Of a DNA stretch of 64,000 nt, positions 26,318 through 38,764 are shown piece after piece. Origin of the DNA: Bigelowiella natans CCMP2755 (lineage: Eukaryota > Protista > Cercozoa); the NCBI GenBank assembly GCA_000320545.1, contig ADNK01001091.1, forward strand, positions 14,322-78,321. The letters are read 5' to 3'. The notes under the pieces were generated by a model. It did no database searches. It was not told where the DNA came from and saw only the letters and a list, made by a program, of their open reading frames with translations. Position numbers and translations under genes: made by a program. Numbering within the stretch: position 1 is the first letter of the stretch; each line of letters opens with the position of its first letter.

Positions 26318-27570
26318 CTAGATTGGTCTCATTGCTTGTTGACTGTGTTTGACTGTATTTGTCATAGCCTTCTTCATGTGAGCCCAGGAAGGATTACTTG
26401 CATTACTCTTTCCATTTTGCTTTGTTCCTCCACATGCGTTCGGCTCGTTTACGCAGACAGAAATTGTAACGATGACTATTATTAGCACACTCATAATGAC
26501 TGCGAGACAAATACCCCATTTTAGATTGTTTTTCCAGAACTTCCACTTGAGATTATTCCCAACATTTTTGAAACCATTAGCATCGTTGCGAAGGTCCTCT
26601 GCATCCTCATCAAGCAGGGCTAAATTTTCTCCACGATCGAGAATACCCCTCATCATGTCCTTGCTTTTTTCTTTCAGCTAATGAGTTGATAGGAGTGTTT
26701 GTATTTGCGAAGCACAATCTATCCATAAACACAAATGCCATGTATCACCTCTGCAACCTGACGATGCACTTTGCTTAGTTTGGTGCTTCCAAATTCAGTT
26801 CCAAGGGCTTCAAGGAAGGACTCACATTTAGAATACAGAGTATCTGAACAATGAAACATTATCAGAAATGAGTGGCGAAGACTCTGAAATATCTGCATCA
26901 GTACTATGTTTTGCTTTCTGGACTTCTTCCTTGCTACAGGTGGAAGTAAACTCTGCGACGAATTTTTTTAAAAGAAGACTTTGGCTTTTTTCAAATCCAT
27001 TCTTTTTACCATCCAAGAAAGTCACCTTCAATCCACATAATTAAACTTTTGAAGCATCTCATTAACATTGTTGAAGCACAATAATTACCGCAAAAAATGC
27101 GCATGAATTTTCCTCCTCCGGTCGAAAAATGACATGAATCGTGTAATCGTCTTTATCGGATTTAAACGATTTTATCTGCATTAAGTAAATTTAGTCTTTG
27201 TGTGAGAAACTGAATGAACACAGTTGTAAGGCAAATGTATTCTGCCGACGCATTTGCTTGTACTTGTTTACTTATCTTTCACAGTCACATTTCACATTTC
27301 TCTACACTGAGGTCACACATGAATTCATTGGAGTATTTGCATCAACATTACGCTTCTGGCTCTATTCCCACGGTTGCTTGCATCTTTCATCATTTTCTCA
27401 GCGATCTTCTTGCATTTAGGTTCAATGTCCTTAATTTTCTTCTTCTCAGCCTTGCTCTGCCGCTTTTTAGGCCATCGGACAACCACCACCGACGGGCATA
27501 CCTCCCGCTTGGAGTCTACATCTGGTAAACGGAAGGCGGCAAGATAGAGAACGGTGCTGCCTTCCGCCAT
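26318..27570 (-). CDS. Longin R-SNARE, VAMP7-like
   Basis: N-terminal longin-like exons (MAEGSTVLYLAAFR...). SNARE motif KLSKVHRQVAE|LKEKSKDMMRGILDRGENLALLDEDAEDL with zero-layer Arg, followed by KFWKNNLKW and a TM helix. Confidence 0.85.
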
Positions 27571-29064
27571 TGGTCTGGTCTCTCTCTTTTGTTGGTGTTG
27601 GTGTTCTTTTTCCAGACACACATTGTGATGCAATCAACCAACGCTCAGAACAACAAAACCTCCTCAAATTGCTACTTGCGACAACAAACGCGGTCGTTCA
27701 CGTGCTGGTGGGAAGTTTGTGCTGCTGGGTACAAGCTCCGTTGCTTGGCATGTCACCATGCAGTTGCTGTTGCTGCACTACCGATGTTGTCATTTGCAGG
27801 GTGAACGTGGTTGTGCACGGAAATTGAACACCTCTTGTTGGAATCATGGGAATGTTGGAATGTCGAAATGAACACGAATCTTGACCCTTGAATCTGCACA
27901 CGTTGCACGCGTGTCAGGTTTCTTGTGTGTTGCGCGTAAGGTGTTCACAGGCCGAGGCGCTACGTGCACAAGTAGGCAGGGGGGGGGAAAGGCACGTTTG
28001 CTTCCTTTTGAAGAGTTGTGTTTATTTTTATTAAAGATTATATTTTTATTAAATCGTGCACTGCGTAATCATTCGCGAAGCTTTCGCGAATGCCGCCGCA
28101 CGTGGGGCAGCACACTTCCGGTGTGCTGCCATGAGTCCCGCCGGAACCCACGTGCCTATGCTGTATTAATATCTACGTTATCTATATTCTATATCCGCGA
28201 CAACCCCTTTGTTGTCGCACGTGACTTGTGCCCGCGTAGTGGTACGCGCTACACCTCCCCCAAGTCACGTTGCTCCTTCCTTCCTTCCTTATTCCCTTAG
28301 ACCTTCATCGCTTTCGGAACTTCACCAACCACCAGGTAATAGATTCCTCTCTAACCTTATCTCCTTTGTCGCTTACCCAGAACTCACCTTCGTCCTCCTG
28401 GGCGTGTCGCTCTAGCGCTGTTCGCGAGTCCACAACACAATCAATTTTTTTGCATGGACAGCCTGCACAAGCCACAGCAAAGAAAATGCAAATGATCATC
28501 AAGTTTCCACAATGAGGTGCAAAAACAAGCAAATGACCTTTGAATGCTGACACCAAAGCAGTGTGCGCATGCTTGCGAGGCCATCAGAGTTGAGAGGAAA
28601 CAAATCGGTGGAATGGGTCCGATTTTGAGCAATTGACTGGACGCGCGCGCACACGAATGCTGACAGTCTAGAGTAATGATTCATGCTGTCGCATTGACAA
28701 TGCTAGAATGCTGCTACAAGGAAAAGATGGGACTACTCGGTGAGATGTGTTGTCTAGCTTCGTGTAATTTGTGTTTGTACGCTTGTTTCTTGGTCTCCAT
28801 CGCACAGCTGAATGTAGTAGCCAGCATGTCAAGGCATCAAGATGTTCTGCTGGCTGAACATGATTTGTATTTTTTACAACGAACGTATCCAAATGGATCC
28901 ACAAACTTTATATTTGTTCCTAGTTGCTACATGAGCTCTTACACCGTGCCGTTACTGCGCAGGCACGATTTCAAAACTGGTGCATCGATCGTATCGTGCA
29001 TCGAGATACACCACACATATTGGCATAACGTAACACGTGGTCTGTAGTCCTTTCATATTGTAAA

Positions 29065-30193
29065 CTATCCAGCAATAGCTAGTCGCCCGTGAGCCTTCGA
29101 ATAGGCGGCATGCAACTCATCCGTTAATCTTGATGTAACCTGAGAGATGAGAGGGAGGGGAAAGAAGAGCAAAGGGGGTAGAGAGGAAATAAAGGGACAT
29201 GGAGGAGTTTTTAGATAGGACATTCAACAACGAATCGGGTGAAACTATTCGAGCTTTCCTGTTTGGTTAATGCACATTTATGTGTCAGAACTGGTGAGCA
29301 TATAATTTCAATTTAAACATGCTACTATCGCTGAAATATTTGTCGTCGCGATTCTAATACCTTTTTCCATATCTGGATAAGCTGTATGGTACCAAGCTTC
29401 CCGAGCCTCTTCTGGATCGTCTGCACTAGTGCCATACCGAAACCTATTATTACATATCTATATATTTATGTGATAGATGGTCCATTAGCAAAAGCAATAG
29501 GCTGTGCATCTGGATCATAGCATTAGACACCAGGACAGTGTATACGTGATTTTGTTTGAAAATGGATACCATCAAAATGTTCCTTGGTCAATTTGTAATG
29601 GCGATGGCTGTTTGCGAAAGACGATGTGAGCTTCTTCAAGTCATCCTGATAAATAGTAAATGGCCTGAAGTACCACGATTTACTGTTTAAATTGTATGGA
29701 CCTTTCCCTTTACCAATCGCGTGATAGCTGATTGGATCATTCTTGCCACAAGAATATGCTCTTGTGGAAATTTTTTCCTGTAAAAGGCAGACTGTAAGCT
29801 CAAGTGAAAGTTTAAGCAATCATAAGTCGGAGATAGGGAGGACATCATTGTTTACTGGATATCAGGGCAAAACTTGAAGTATGCGTTCATGAACTCTGAG
29901 TGGAAGGATTCTAGATTCAATGGCCCCGCTTTCAGTGACACAACCCCATTATCGTCCATAACTTTCAGCGAATTTATGCCAACTGCTTCCTTGCTTTCAT
30001 CCGACGCATCGCTTTCGCCTTTCTCGAACTGAGCAACTTTGTGAACTAGATCGCTGCACGCGATGCGCCACGAGAGTCGAATAAGCTCCTGCTGCGCCAC
30101 CTTCTAAGAAAATATTCCATGTTAAGAAGCTAACATTCGACCTGGAATCATAAACCCCACATTCATATCTCCCTTTGCATTTGAGTTCCCCAT
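29065..30193 (-). CDS. Single-domain 3/3 globin, probably N-myristoylated (6 exons, ~192 aa)
   Basis: Exons 30161-30193, 29856-30103, 29714-29777, 29570-29645, 29361-29443 and 29065-29139 join in frame. QQELIRLSW (helix A), EFMNAYFKFCPDIQKKF (B-C, Pro C2, Phe CD1), FANSHRHYKLTKEHFDGFGMAL (proximal His F8, helix G), IWKKVT (helix H). Confidence 0.82.
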
Positions 30194-30353
30194 TAGAAAT
30201 TCGTTCTACGCGGGTTCTGCGGTGGAGTCGATGCGTTTTCGCGCGGCTGACTCAAAGCTGTTGAGCGGATCCCAGCACGTCAAAACCTTCCGAGACTCTT
30301 CATGTGCATCACATGACTGTGTTTCTACACTTCGTTTTCGTTCCGGCTCACTC

Positions 30354-31965
30354 ATGAGCAACGGGCGGGATGAGCAAGCTCAAAAGCGTCTCTGCCTCAA
30401 CCTAAGCTCTTCATTCCTCGTGTGACCTCATCCGACTACCTTCCTCTGTCTCGGGACTTCATGTTAGTAGCTGTTAAATCCCGGATATATCACTTCGGAG
30501 ACCACTGCGGGATGTCTCCAGCGGATCTCCCCGTTGCATCCCAATGAAGAAAGATGCTTGCCCTTTCCACTCACACTTGGGCACATTTCCGGAACCAAAA
30601 CCCTTGCCACTACGAGTACTTCATTGAGAGAATTCAATCGGTTTGGCAAGTCGCCATTGTAAAATCGCATTCAAGCCGGGCAAAAAACCACCATGCTTGT
30701 GCTCGGGAAGGCCTGCTGCAAAGAAAGCTCCGAGGAGAGGATGAACGTGGGCAAATGATGGAGGACGTCCAGGTGGGTTGGACTGATCGGACGCATGATG
30801 CTTTAATTTATATTCCCATTGATGATGAGTCACAAACTACAAACCTACAGGCTCTGAGCGAAATCTTCACGGACATCGATCCGAACTACATCTTTGAAGA
30901 ACTCCAGTCGCTGCCCCCCACGCCCGACCGCTGCGTCATTGTTGCCGAAAAGATAGCAAACAATAAGAATGCACCTAAAAGAAAGTTCTTGGGTACGTTA
31001 AATGGCCATTGATGTGCTCTTGTAGACCATAAATTCCTTTAAAAAAGGTGAATTGGATCGCTCTTCTTGCGTCTCTGGACAGGAAAAGAAGTTTATGGAT
31101 GAAATAGACGTTGAGGAGGCTGCACGAGGGAGGGGAATGTTTGCAAATGGCTTTCCTGACCCTGGAACTGCGTCCGAATCGGTGGAGTACAAGGAACTGT
31201 GCTGGCTTTACCTGAAGAACGAATTCACTATGATTTCAGCTAATCACATACGGAGCATTCTCTCCCTAGCAAATGGAAGGTAAAACCCTGCTCTGTTGCT
31301 CATACGTGTGTATCATAGCATTGAATAATGAAGATGTTTTGTATCACAGGTATTTCCTTGCTAGATCCATGCTAGCAGAAGACGTTAGCGGAGGTATTCG
31401 ACGATAAATTCCACTATCCTGATCCCACTGAGATGCTGTCCTGACATTTTACAGGTGAAGCCATTGTTTTTGCTGGAGCAAAAAGACGAAGGAAGAAAGG
31501 AAAGCGAGAAGCTGGGGCAAAATTTTTGCGGAAGGTTCACAACAACACGAAAATTCGCCTATCCTAGTCGTCTTGAACAACATCTATTTGCTCTGCAGCC
31601 GAGGAAACACGAGGAGGTCCCTGAAAGAATCAAGTGCGACGCATTTCATCGAGAGTACGCATACTCGCATAAGGTTTAGCTTTAATGAACAATGTGATCC
31701 CATAACAATGTGATCCCATGGCGTACCTGATTAATCTTTTCATTTGTCCAATGCTACTCCACTTCAGGAGGCAATGATTCGAGCAAGGAAGAACGTATAT
31801 TACAGACAGAGTTTGACTGGAACTATTCTTATTATGCAATTACTCTTGCTACCTTAGGAGATCATAAATGATCATGAGAACCGTCTAGCGATCTGCCGTG
31901 CAGAGGGACTACTCCTCACCTGCGAATGCTGCTTTGAAGATGTACACCGACCATATCGGAAGAGG

Positions 31966-32014
<49 letters not shown>

Positions 32015-32238
32015 GAGGGGTGGTGGGGGGGGGGGAGAGAAAGGAAGGAGCACAATTGGTTGGTTAATTTCTTTGAGGAAATTGTGTGTAAGAATACGCG
32101 TCAAAATGGCACTGCTTAATACTAAATTTATCAGGAAGTATTGCCGGAGGACATGGTCGAGTGCAATAAAGGCCATCCTTTTTGCAAAGTAATATTTACC
32201 CAATTCGTGGGGTATATTACCAACGCCAAACAAGATGC

Positions 32239-32275
<37 letters not shown>

Positions 32276-32531
32276 TTTAAAGGAATGTGTCCGACGAACA
32301 GCGAATGAGGTCATTGGACTCGGGAAATTTAGGGTAAACAATAGTCAACGAGCACACGCACACACACACACACGCACACACTAGGGACGGGGTGTGTCTT
32401 TCTTACCTCGTTCTCTTTCTTCCTACTCGCGTATGTATTCTGCAGGTAGGGTGTTTACATATGGCGGGATGCAGTGAAGGTGACGTGAACCCACCCTTTA
32501 GCTCGAAGATTATACCAGAAGTTTTGAGCAC

Positions 32532-32565
<34 letters not shown>

Positions 32566-34020
32566 TGCTGCTCCTGCCTAATGTATGATATACCCTGTCT
32601 CATTATTGTTTCTTTCTCGCACACAGAATTTCCCCTGTTCGCCCTCAAGGAGTCGTTGCCAAAGTCCATATTCGATGGGTATGAACGGAGGGTGCAGGTA
32701 ACTAAAGTGTGATGGCGACGGGACTCTGATATGCATCTCTCCCCTACTATTTAATAACTGGGCGACTCTTACGTGTTTTCTTTCGGGAAAGGAACGAGAT
32801 ATCGAGACAGCCGGGCTGAGCGGCCTAGAAAGGTCCAAAACGATAGAGAGAGAAAAGCGCAATCCTGACAAAATTGTTAGGTTCTAACCCTGGTATGAAT
32901 ATGTGATAAAAACGTGTTCGTGTAGATGCCCCTTCTGCTCGTATGCAGTAATAATGGAGTCGAAAGCAGACTCGGTCTTCCGCTGCAAGTCTCCAGCGTG
33001 CGGGTTGCTATTGTTGCATTGTTGATATAAAAACTATGATGGTGGTGATTATGAGAGTGATGATAACGTGTTAAGGATTTTAGCGAAGTTTTGTCAACAC
33101 AATCGCGAGAGCTGAGAATATCAGTCAATCCATGGCCGTTTGATAGAAAGGAGTCTTGTCGCTGGTGCAAGGAGCCTTCTCATATCCCGCTACGATGTGA
33201 TGAAGTAGAGAAAAAATCCGAGAAGGATATGAGGTGCTTCATCGAAGAAAAGGTTAATTAGTAATCTCGCTCCCACTCCCCCCTTCCTATCGTGATACAT
33301 GGATATGTGCGTGCGTGCTTGCTTGCATATGTGTTGTAATGCGGACAGTATTGTAACAAACATTAACGGGCTTCTCACCCAGATAAGCCACGCCGCATAT
33401 GCATGACTATCACTCGAAAGGAAATCGCTTGCACAACTAGTACTTACTACATACAACCCCTAGATGACACAAGCCCTCGTGCGAAATTGCTGGAAGTGTA
33501 AGCGCAACTTCTTCAAGGTCGAGGGCTGCAACCATATGACTTGCTCTTGCGGCGCAGAGATGTGCTATCTTTGTGGCAAACGTCTCGCAAAGGTATGGCT
33601 GCGGCGAAGTTTTTATGACGTTTGACATGTTCAATTTTATCGAAAGAAGAAAAGACAATGGGAAGCTCGAAGGAGAATGCTGAATCTATTTCTTCTAGGG
33701 AAAATATATGGAACACTTTGGTGAAGATAAACCCTGTAAGCTCACAACCAATACGAAGGTAGGTCTATAGTGACATTTCAATTCTACAACTGATAAGGAG
33801 AATGCCCATAATATGGTTGGCTTTTTTGCTGCTGACCATACAGGCCTTCAATCGTAAAAGGGTACAGGAAGCAGGTAAGGCAGCCCTCTCCAAATACCGA
33901 GAGGATCACCCAGAAGTTCATAATTTGGAGTTGAAGTACAACCCAATGGGAAATGGCAAGGGGAAGAAGAAGAAGATCCGCCAAGCAAAATCAAAACGAA
34001 AGCGAAAGCGGAGGCGATAG
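30354..34020 (+). CDS. RBR-type E3 ubiquitin ligase, RNF216/TRIAD3-like; start uncertain
   Basis: RING1 CECCFED...CNKGHPFCKECV...CLHMAGC. IBR CPFCSY...SCRWCKEPSHIPLRC. RING2 CWKCKRNFFKVEGCNHMTCSCGAEMCYLC with the catalytic Cys. Confidence 0.9.
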
Positions 34021-34765
34021 TAAGACACAATAAGGATGTAGAGAAATGATTCAGGTAAGAGGCAACACACGCAAGCAATGATGTACAATACAACCAAGCC
34101 AACAAAGTTGTCGATGCTTTTAAAAAAGAAATTGCGTAAACTTTCATCCTCAGCAACAGTGAACAAAGGATTCAAGCCGCAGGGCGCCCCAAGCCATGCA
34201 TGCATGCTAGCATGGTTAGATTAGCTAGTAACACAAGCACGCTCAAAGCGCGCTAGCACATGTTGCTTTTTTATTTTTGTGCCTTCTAGCCGGTGCTCAG
34301 CCACGTAGGACGAAATTATGTAAGTAGATAGCTTATCCAGATAGCCCTCCTGCATTTACGGCGTCATACCATGTTGACATGCAGCTCTAGAGTTGTCACT
34401 ATGTGAGGGGCAATGACAAGGATCCGAGCATTACTAGATTGGTGAATTCTGATGGACTCCACACAAGCCAAACGCACTATGACAACTATGCGACGATATA
34501 TATACTAGTATGCATGACAACTGTCATGCTTGATGCAGTGATTGCGTTTTTGTCGGTAGCACACATGTAGCTAATAGGCATGCGCAGTGAGATATCACTG
34601 TGAGATGTCATTGAGAGTAGTACATTGAGACTCGTAGCTCATCACACAAGCGACACCGTTACGCACAGGATATTCAATAATGAGGCACCGCTAGATTGAG
34701 CAAGGGGTTATGGAAATATGCAGCCGCGAATCGGCAATCTGCTGCAGCAGCTTCTGTCTTTTTTA

Positions 34766-35932
34766 CTAAGAACCCGGAGTCCTCGTTATAGCTGGTATCA
34801 CGCCCTTTGCCCTGAGTGCATTGAAGGCATTTTCGATGCGCAATCGATCCCCCAGGGAAACACCTACCTCCTTGAAGTTGTTGTGTGAGCATGAAGTGAT
34901 GATATCCGCATATAGCCTCTCTTTCTCCAGAATCGGCCAAATACGCTGCCATGCCGCGTTTCCCAACTCCCCAGCCAGCGACTTCATCAGACCCTGTGCG
35001 TGTTTGCGGATGTTACTATGCGTGCGCGTGTGGACACATAAGTGTACACGGGAAAACCTTTAAGATCTAAATCGTTGATATCCCGTAGATCATGAAAGCA
35101 TGAAAAGTAGTAGGGTAATTGTTGCGACACCGACTAAATTTCGAAATATATATAATTTATTCATACGCTAGTAATTGGGGAAGAGTGCAAACAAAGCAAT
35201 TATGTCATGTCTACCCTACTTTTAGTAGCCGCGAGTGCAGCGGTGATAGGGTCGCATTATCCCCCCCTCTTCCTTTCCTCCTCCTCCTCTCACCAACCCA
35301 CCTCTGTGAGTTCTTTCGAATATGCAGTTGTTGTCGTGTTGCTGTCTCCTGAGCTCCTCTCCGCTTTGACAGTTGATGATGACGAGGAGTACCGGCAATC
35401 TCGCTGCAACGAAGGCATGACCATCGTCTCCAGACTCCCCTGCGTGCTGTCCTGCATCTCCTCCTCTTCCACCTCTCCCCCCTCCTTCCTGCCCGTTGTT
35501 TTGTTCTTTCCCCTCTTCCTCCTCCTCAGATTCTTCTTGCTGTGACTCTTCTTCCTCTTCTGCTTTCTCCTAGTTATTATCTCCTCCTCCTCCTCGTCCT
35601 CAGTCTCATCGGCTGGAATCTCGTTTAGGGGCTTTCCAAGAAGCTTAGCCATGCGATTGTAAGCTCTGAAAGGAAGGAGGAGAGGGGGGGGGGGGGGGGC
35701 AATCAGCGACAGGGGAGCATTTACAAGAATTTAAGATTTCACGGCCCATAATCCGACATCGTGAAGCGTGCTTTTAGGGAGGGCATCGCCCACAATGTTC
35801 ATGTTGCTGATTGCCGCTCACATATTTGAAACGCCGTAGAAAAGCCTTTATGAAGGAAAGCGCAGTGTTCTCCCGTTTCGCAGCGCGCTGCATGGATGAT
35901 CGTCGTTGGATTATTGGCGTGTAAGCAGACAG

Positions 35933-35965
<33 letters not shown>

Positions 35966-36272
35966 TACGATGGCATCAAAAGCACGAGCGATGCCATTAT
36001 TTTAAGAGTGGCATGGCGCTCAATGGGAAAGGCAGGCAGCAGCATCCTATCATCATCATCATCATCATCATTTAAGACGAGCAAACAATCCTTCCTTTCT
36101 CCTTCTCCTACCCCCCCCAGCCCCCCCGGCACATACTTTACGGCTTCTTTCTTCGTGCAGTAGGTTCCAATTGCGACTTGCATATTACGAGCATTGATCA
36201 GTGCCTGGTATCGCCCGTTGCTCCGAAGTTTAATGCCAATGAGGCGGGAGGTGGTGGACGCAGAGGAGGAAG

Positions 36273-36306
<34 letters not shown>

Positions 36307-36676
36307 CGACGACGATCTAGTAATATTCCTCCTACTCACCCGCCTTTTGCCCTGTGCTACTCGGTGATTTTCCTTTTTCCCCGCAGTGGCAGGGGGCGGA
36401 GGCTGGCGACGAAGTCTTTTCTTGCTGCTGCTGCTACTGCTGGATTGGTTGTCACTTGCAGTATCATTGCAACGTCCTCTTTTCTTCCCAGTCCCCTGTC
36501 GCTGCCGTCGTCGTCGTTGTTGTTGTTGTTTACGATTATTGTGGGATTCAGGTGGCAGGGTCAAAGGCCTTGACTTGCCACTGAGCAGAGCGAACACCAG
36601 TATAGCGGAATCAACCTGCGGTGGCTTGCCGAAGTTCTCATACGAAAGCTGGTAATATAGCAGGAGAAAGAGAAAG

Positions 36677-36718
<42 letters not shown>

Positions 36719-36770
36719 TGTTTTCTTTTGCTCCTCTATGTCCTCTTCTTCTTCCGTCTCACCACCATGA

Positions 36771-36807
<37 letters not shown>

Positions 36808-36839
36808 CCATTGTCACCATGTCGTTGTACATCGTGATG

Positions 36840-36877
<38 letters not shown>

Positions 36878-38328
36878 CTCAGAGATAGCTGGACAGTCGT
36901 TCATTGTACGAAGGTACAGACCGCCGCACGATCAGAATCAGGTAAAGTCGGGTTATTTCGTCATCGGGAAGAAACGAAAACGAGCGTAAATGCAAAGGTC
37001 ACCAGCAATTATCTGTCATGCACTAATATTCATCCACTAACTTGCTGAACATCTAACATATCGCTTCCTTCCAATGCAATATTCCCTGCCAGGAAATGCC
37101 CGTCCCCTCCCTACCACAATACCCTTTCGAATTCTTTGTTGGCTTCGTCGTGGGTGAAGTAGGTCACTCTCAGGCCTTTGCTATCGAAGTTGTTCGCTAT
37201 CCCTGTATACCTGATGTAGCAGTGGTAGATGAGAGTAGTAGCAGAAGGAGGAGGGGGGGGGGAGGAGCAATGCTGCAGCAATAAACGAATAAATATACAT
37301 CATAGTAGCAATGGATAAATGGTGTTAGATAGCATGGTGAAACAATCGATAAAAAATCTTGTTAGTCCTCCCCTATTCCTGCACACCATGTTTTGTCTCC
37401 AGACCAGTACACAGCTATTCTGGTGCCCGGAAGAAGGTTACTTTTCACGCAACACTACGTTAAGGTGAGAGAAGGGGAGGAGGAGGGGGGGGGGGGGGGG
37501 GGTTGTTTAAGGAAGCATTTCTATTAAGTTTCGGAAGAAGACAAATTTTACATCAATCCACTTCGGCTCCTTCTTCTGGATATTGTCGAAGCGTTTCAAA
37601 ATCCGGTCATTTAAGTTCACCTGATTCAGGTGTATTATTATTATCCATATTATTACTATTTTATTATTATTATTATCATTATGAATTCAGTCGGCATGAT
37701 CTTTCAACCGTGTGGTATCAATGTCATCAACTCAATGAAGAAGCCAGGGACTATTATCCACACACACCTTCTGAAATCGCTTATCCGGCCATGAGAGCCA
37801 CCTGTGTTCGCCATTCTCATAGACAAAGACAGCAGAGCGTGACGCTGCTGTATGTAGCAACACCCGTTCGTTACTGCCCGGCGTGGAACTAGATTGTCAT
37901 AAGGAATTCTACTATTTCACTCACCCCTCTTCCCTTTAACACGTTTCTCTGCAATGAGAAGCACGTACTTCGACCTAGATTTTCCCTCCTCGCGGACCTG
38001 CACAGCAAGTTACATACTTCCTCATCATCTATCAAGCACATGGTGAAGAGACCATTCCCATCAATATGCAAGGGCTGGTGTAACCCATATCTTCCCACTG
38101 AATCCAAACGCGCGCACAAACCCCTCGCTACAGCAACTACACATCAATCGTAGCACATAGCTGATGAATCACATCGTGCGTCATCATTTCACAAATAAAT
38201 ACACGAATTCGTACGTACTACGCCTGTATACTAGTAGCGCTGTGCAGATATCATTTGTGAGCACTGGGCTCCTCTGCAAGACAAACTACGAGTACAATTA
38301 CCTTGTAGAGCTGGTGTGACGCTGTCAT
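34766..38328 (-). CDS. Tandem Tudor-like / AP2-ERF / SAM domain protein (9 exons), probable transcription or chromatin regulator
   Basis: In-frame splicing gives ARVWIQWEDM...VFVYENGEHRWL and PGTRIAVYWSGDKTWYTGIA...LRVTY (Tudor-like), SRLIGIKLRSNGRYQALI...IGTYCTKKEAVKAYNRMAKLLG (AP2) and WQRIWPILEKERLYADII...FKEVGVSLGDRLRI (SAM). Confidence 0.75.
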
Positions 38329-38764
38329 GGCGGAGAGATGATGCTTGTGATAAAAAGTGTACGCGTACTCTCAAATTAGAAGTCAATAATACGATGTCGT
38401 AATAACAAAAAACAGGCCATTTTTTCGAATTGTGCACGACGGGGTTTTGAGACTCGTGTGGATAATGGCTCATCAAGATATTATTTTTTGTGGTTGGCGA
38501 AGAACAACACAGACAACATGTTTTTGGATGGTCGATCTAGGACAAAAATTGGAGCAGATGTGTGCCGTAGATCTATGTTCAGGATATAGAAAAGTGGAAG
38601 GCTGCAGCTTTCGTAATCATTTATTCGTTCGCGGCTAGATCTGAGGGTGAGGGGAATATACCTACGATTTTAGTACTAAAAATGATAATAATAAATATCA
38701 TAATATTCTTCCTTGCCAGATATTTTCGGAAATAAACGAACCCCCCCCCTCAGCTCCGAGGAAC

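Noticed and set aside
28099-28154. Three-way junction with CTGCCATGAGTCC...GGAAC, reminiscent of a hammerhead ribozyme core
   Set aside because: It lacks an intact CUGANGA, the GAAA and the UH cleavage site. Kept only as part of the hairpin cluster.
28441-28455. AATTTTTTTG Sm-site-like sequence suggesting an snRNA
   Set aside because: No U1, U2, U4, U5 or U6 signature sequences nearby.
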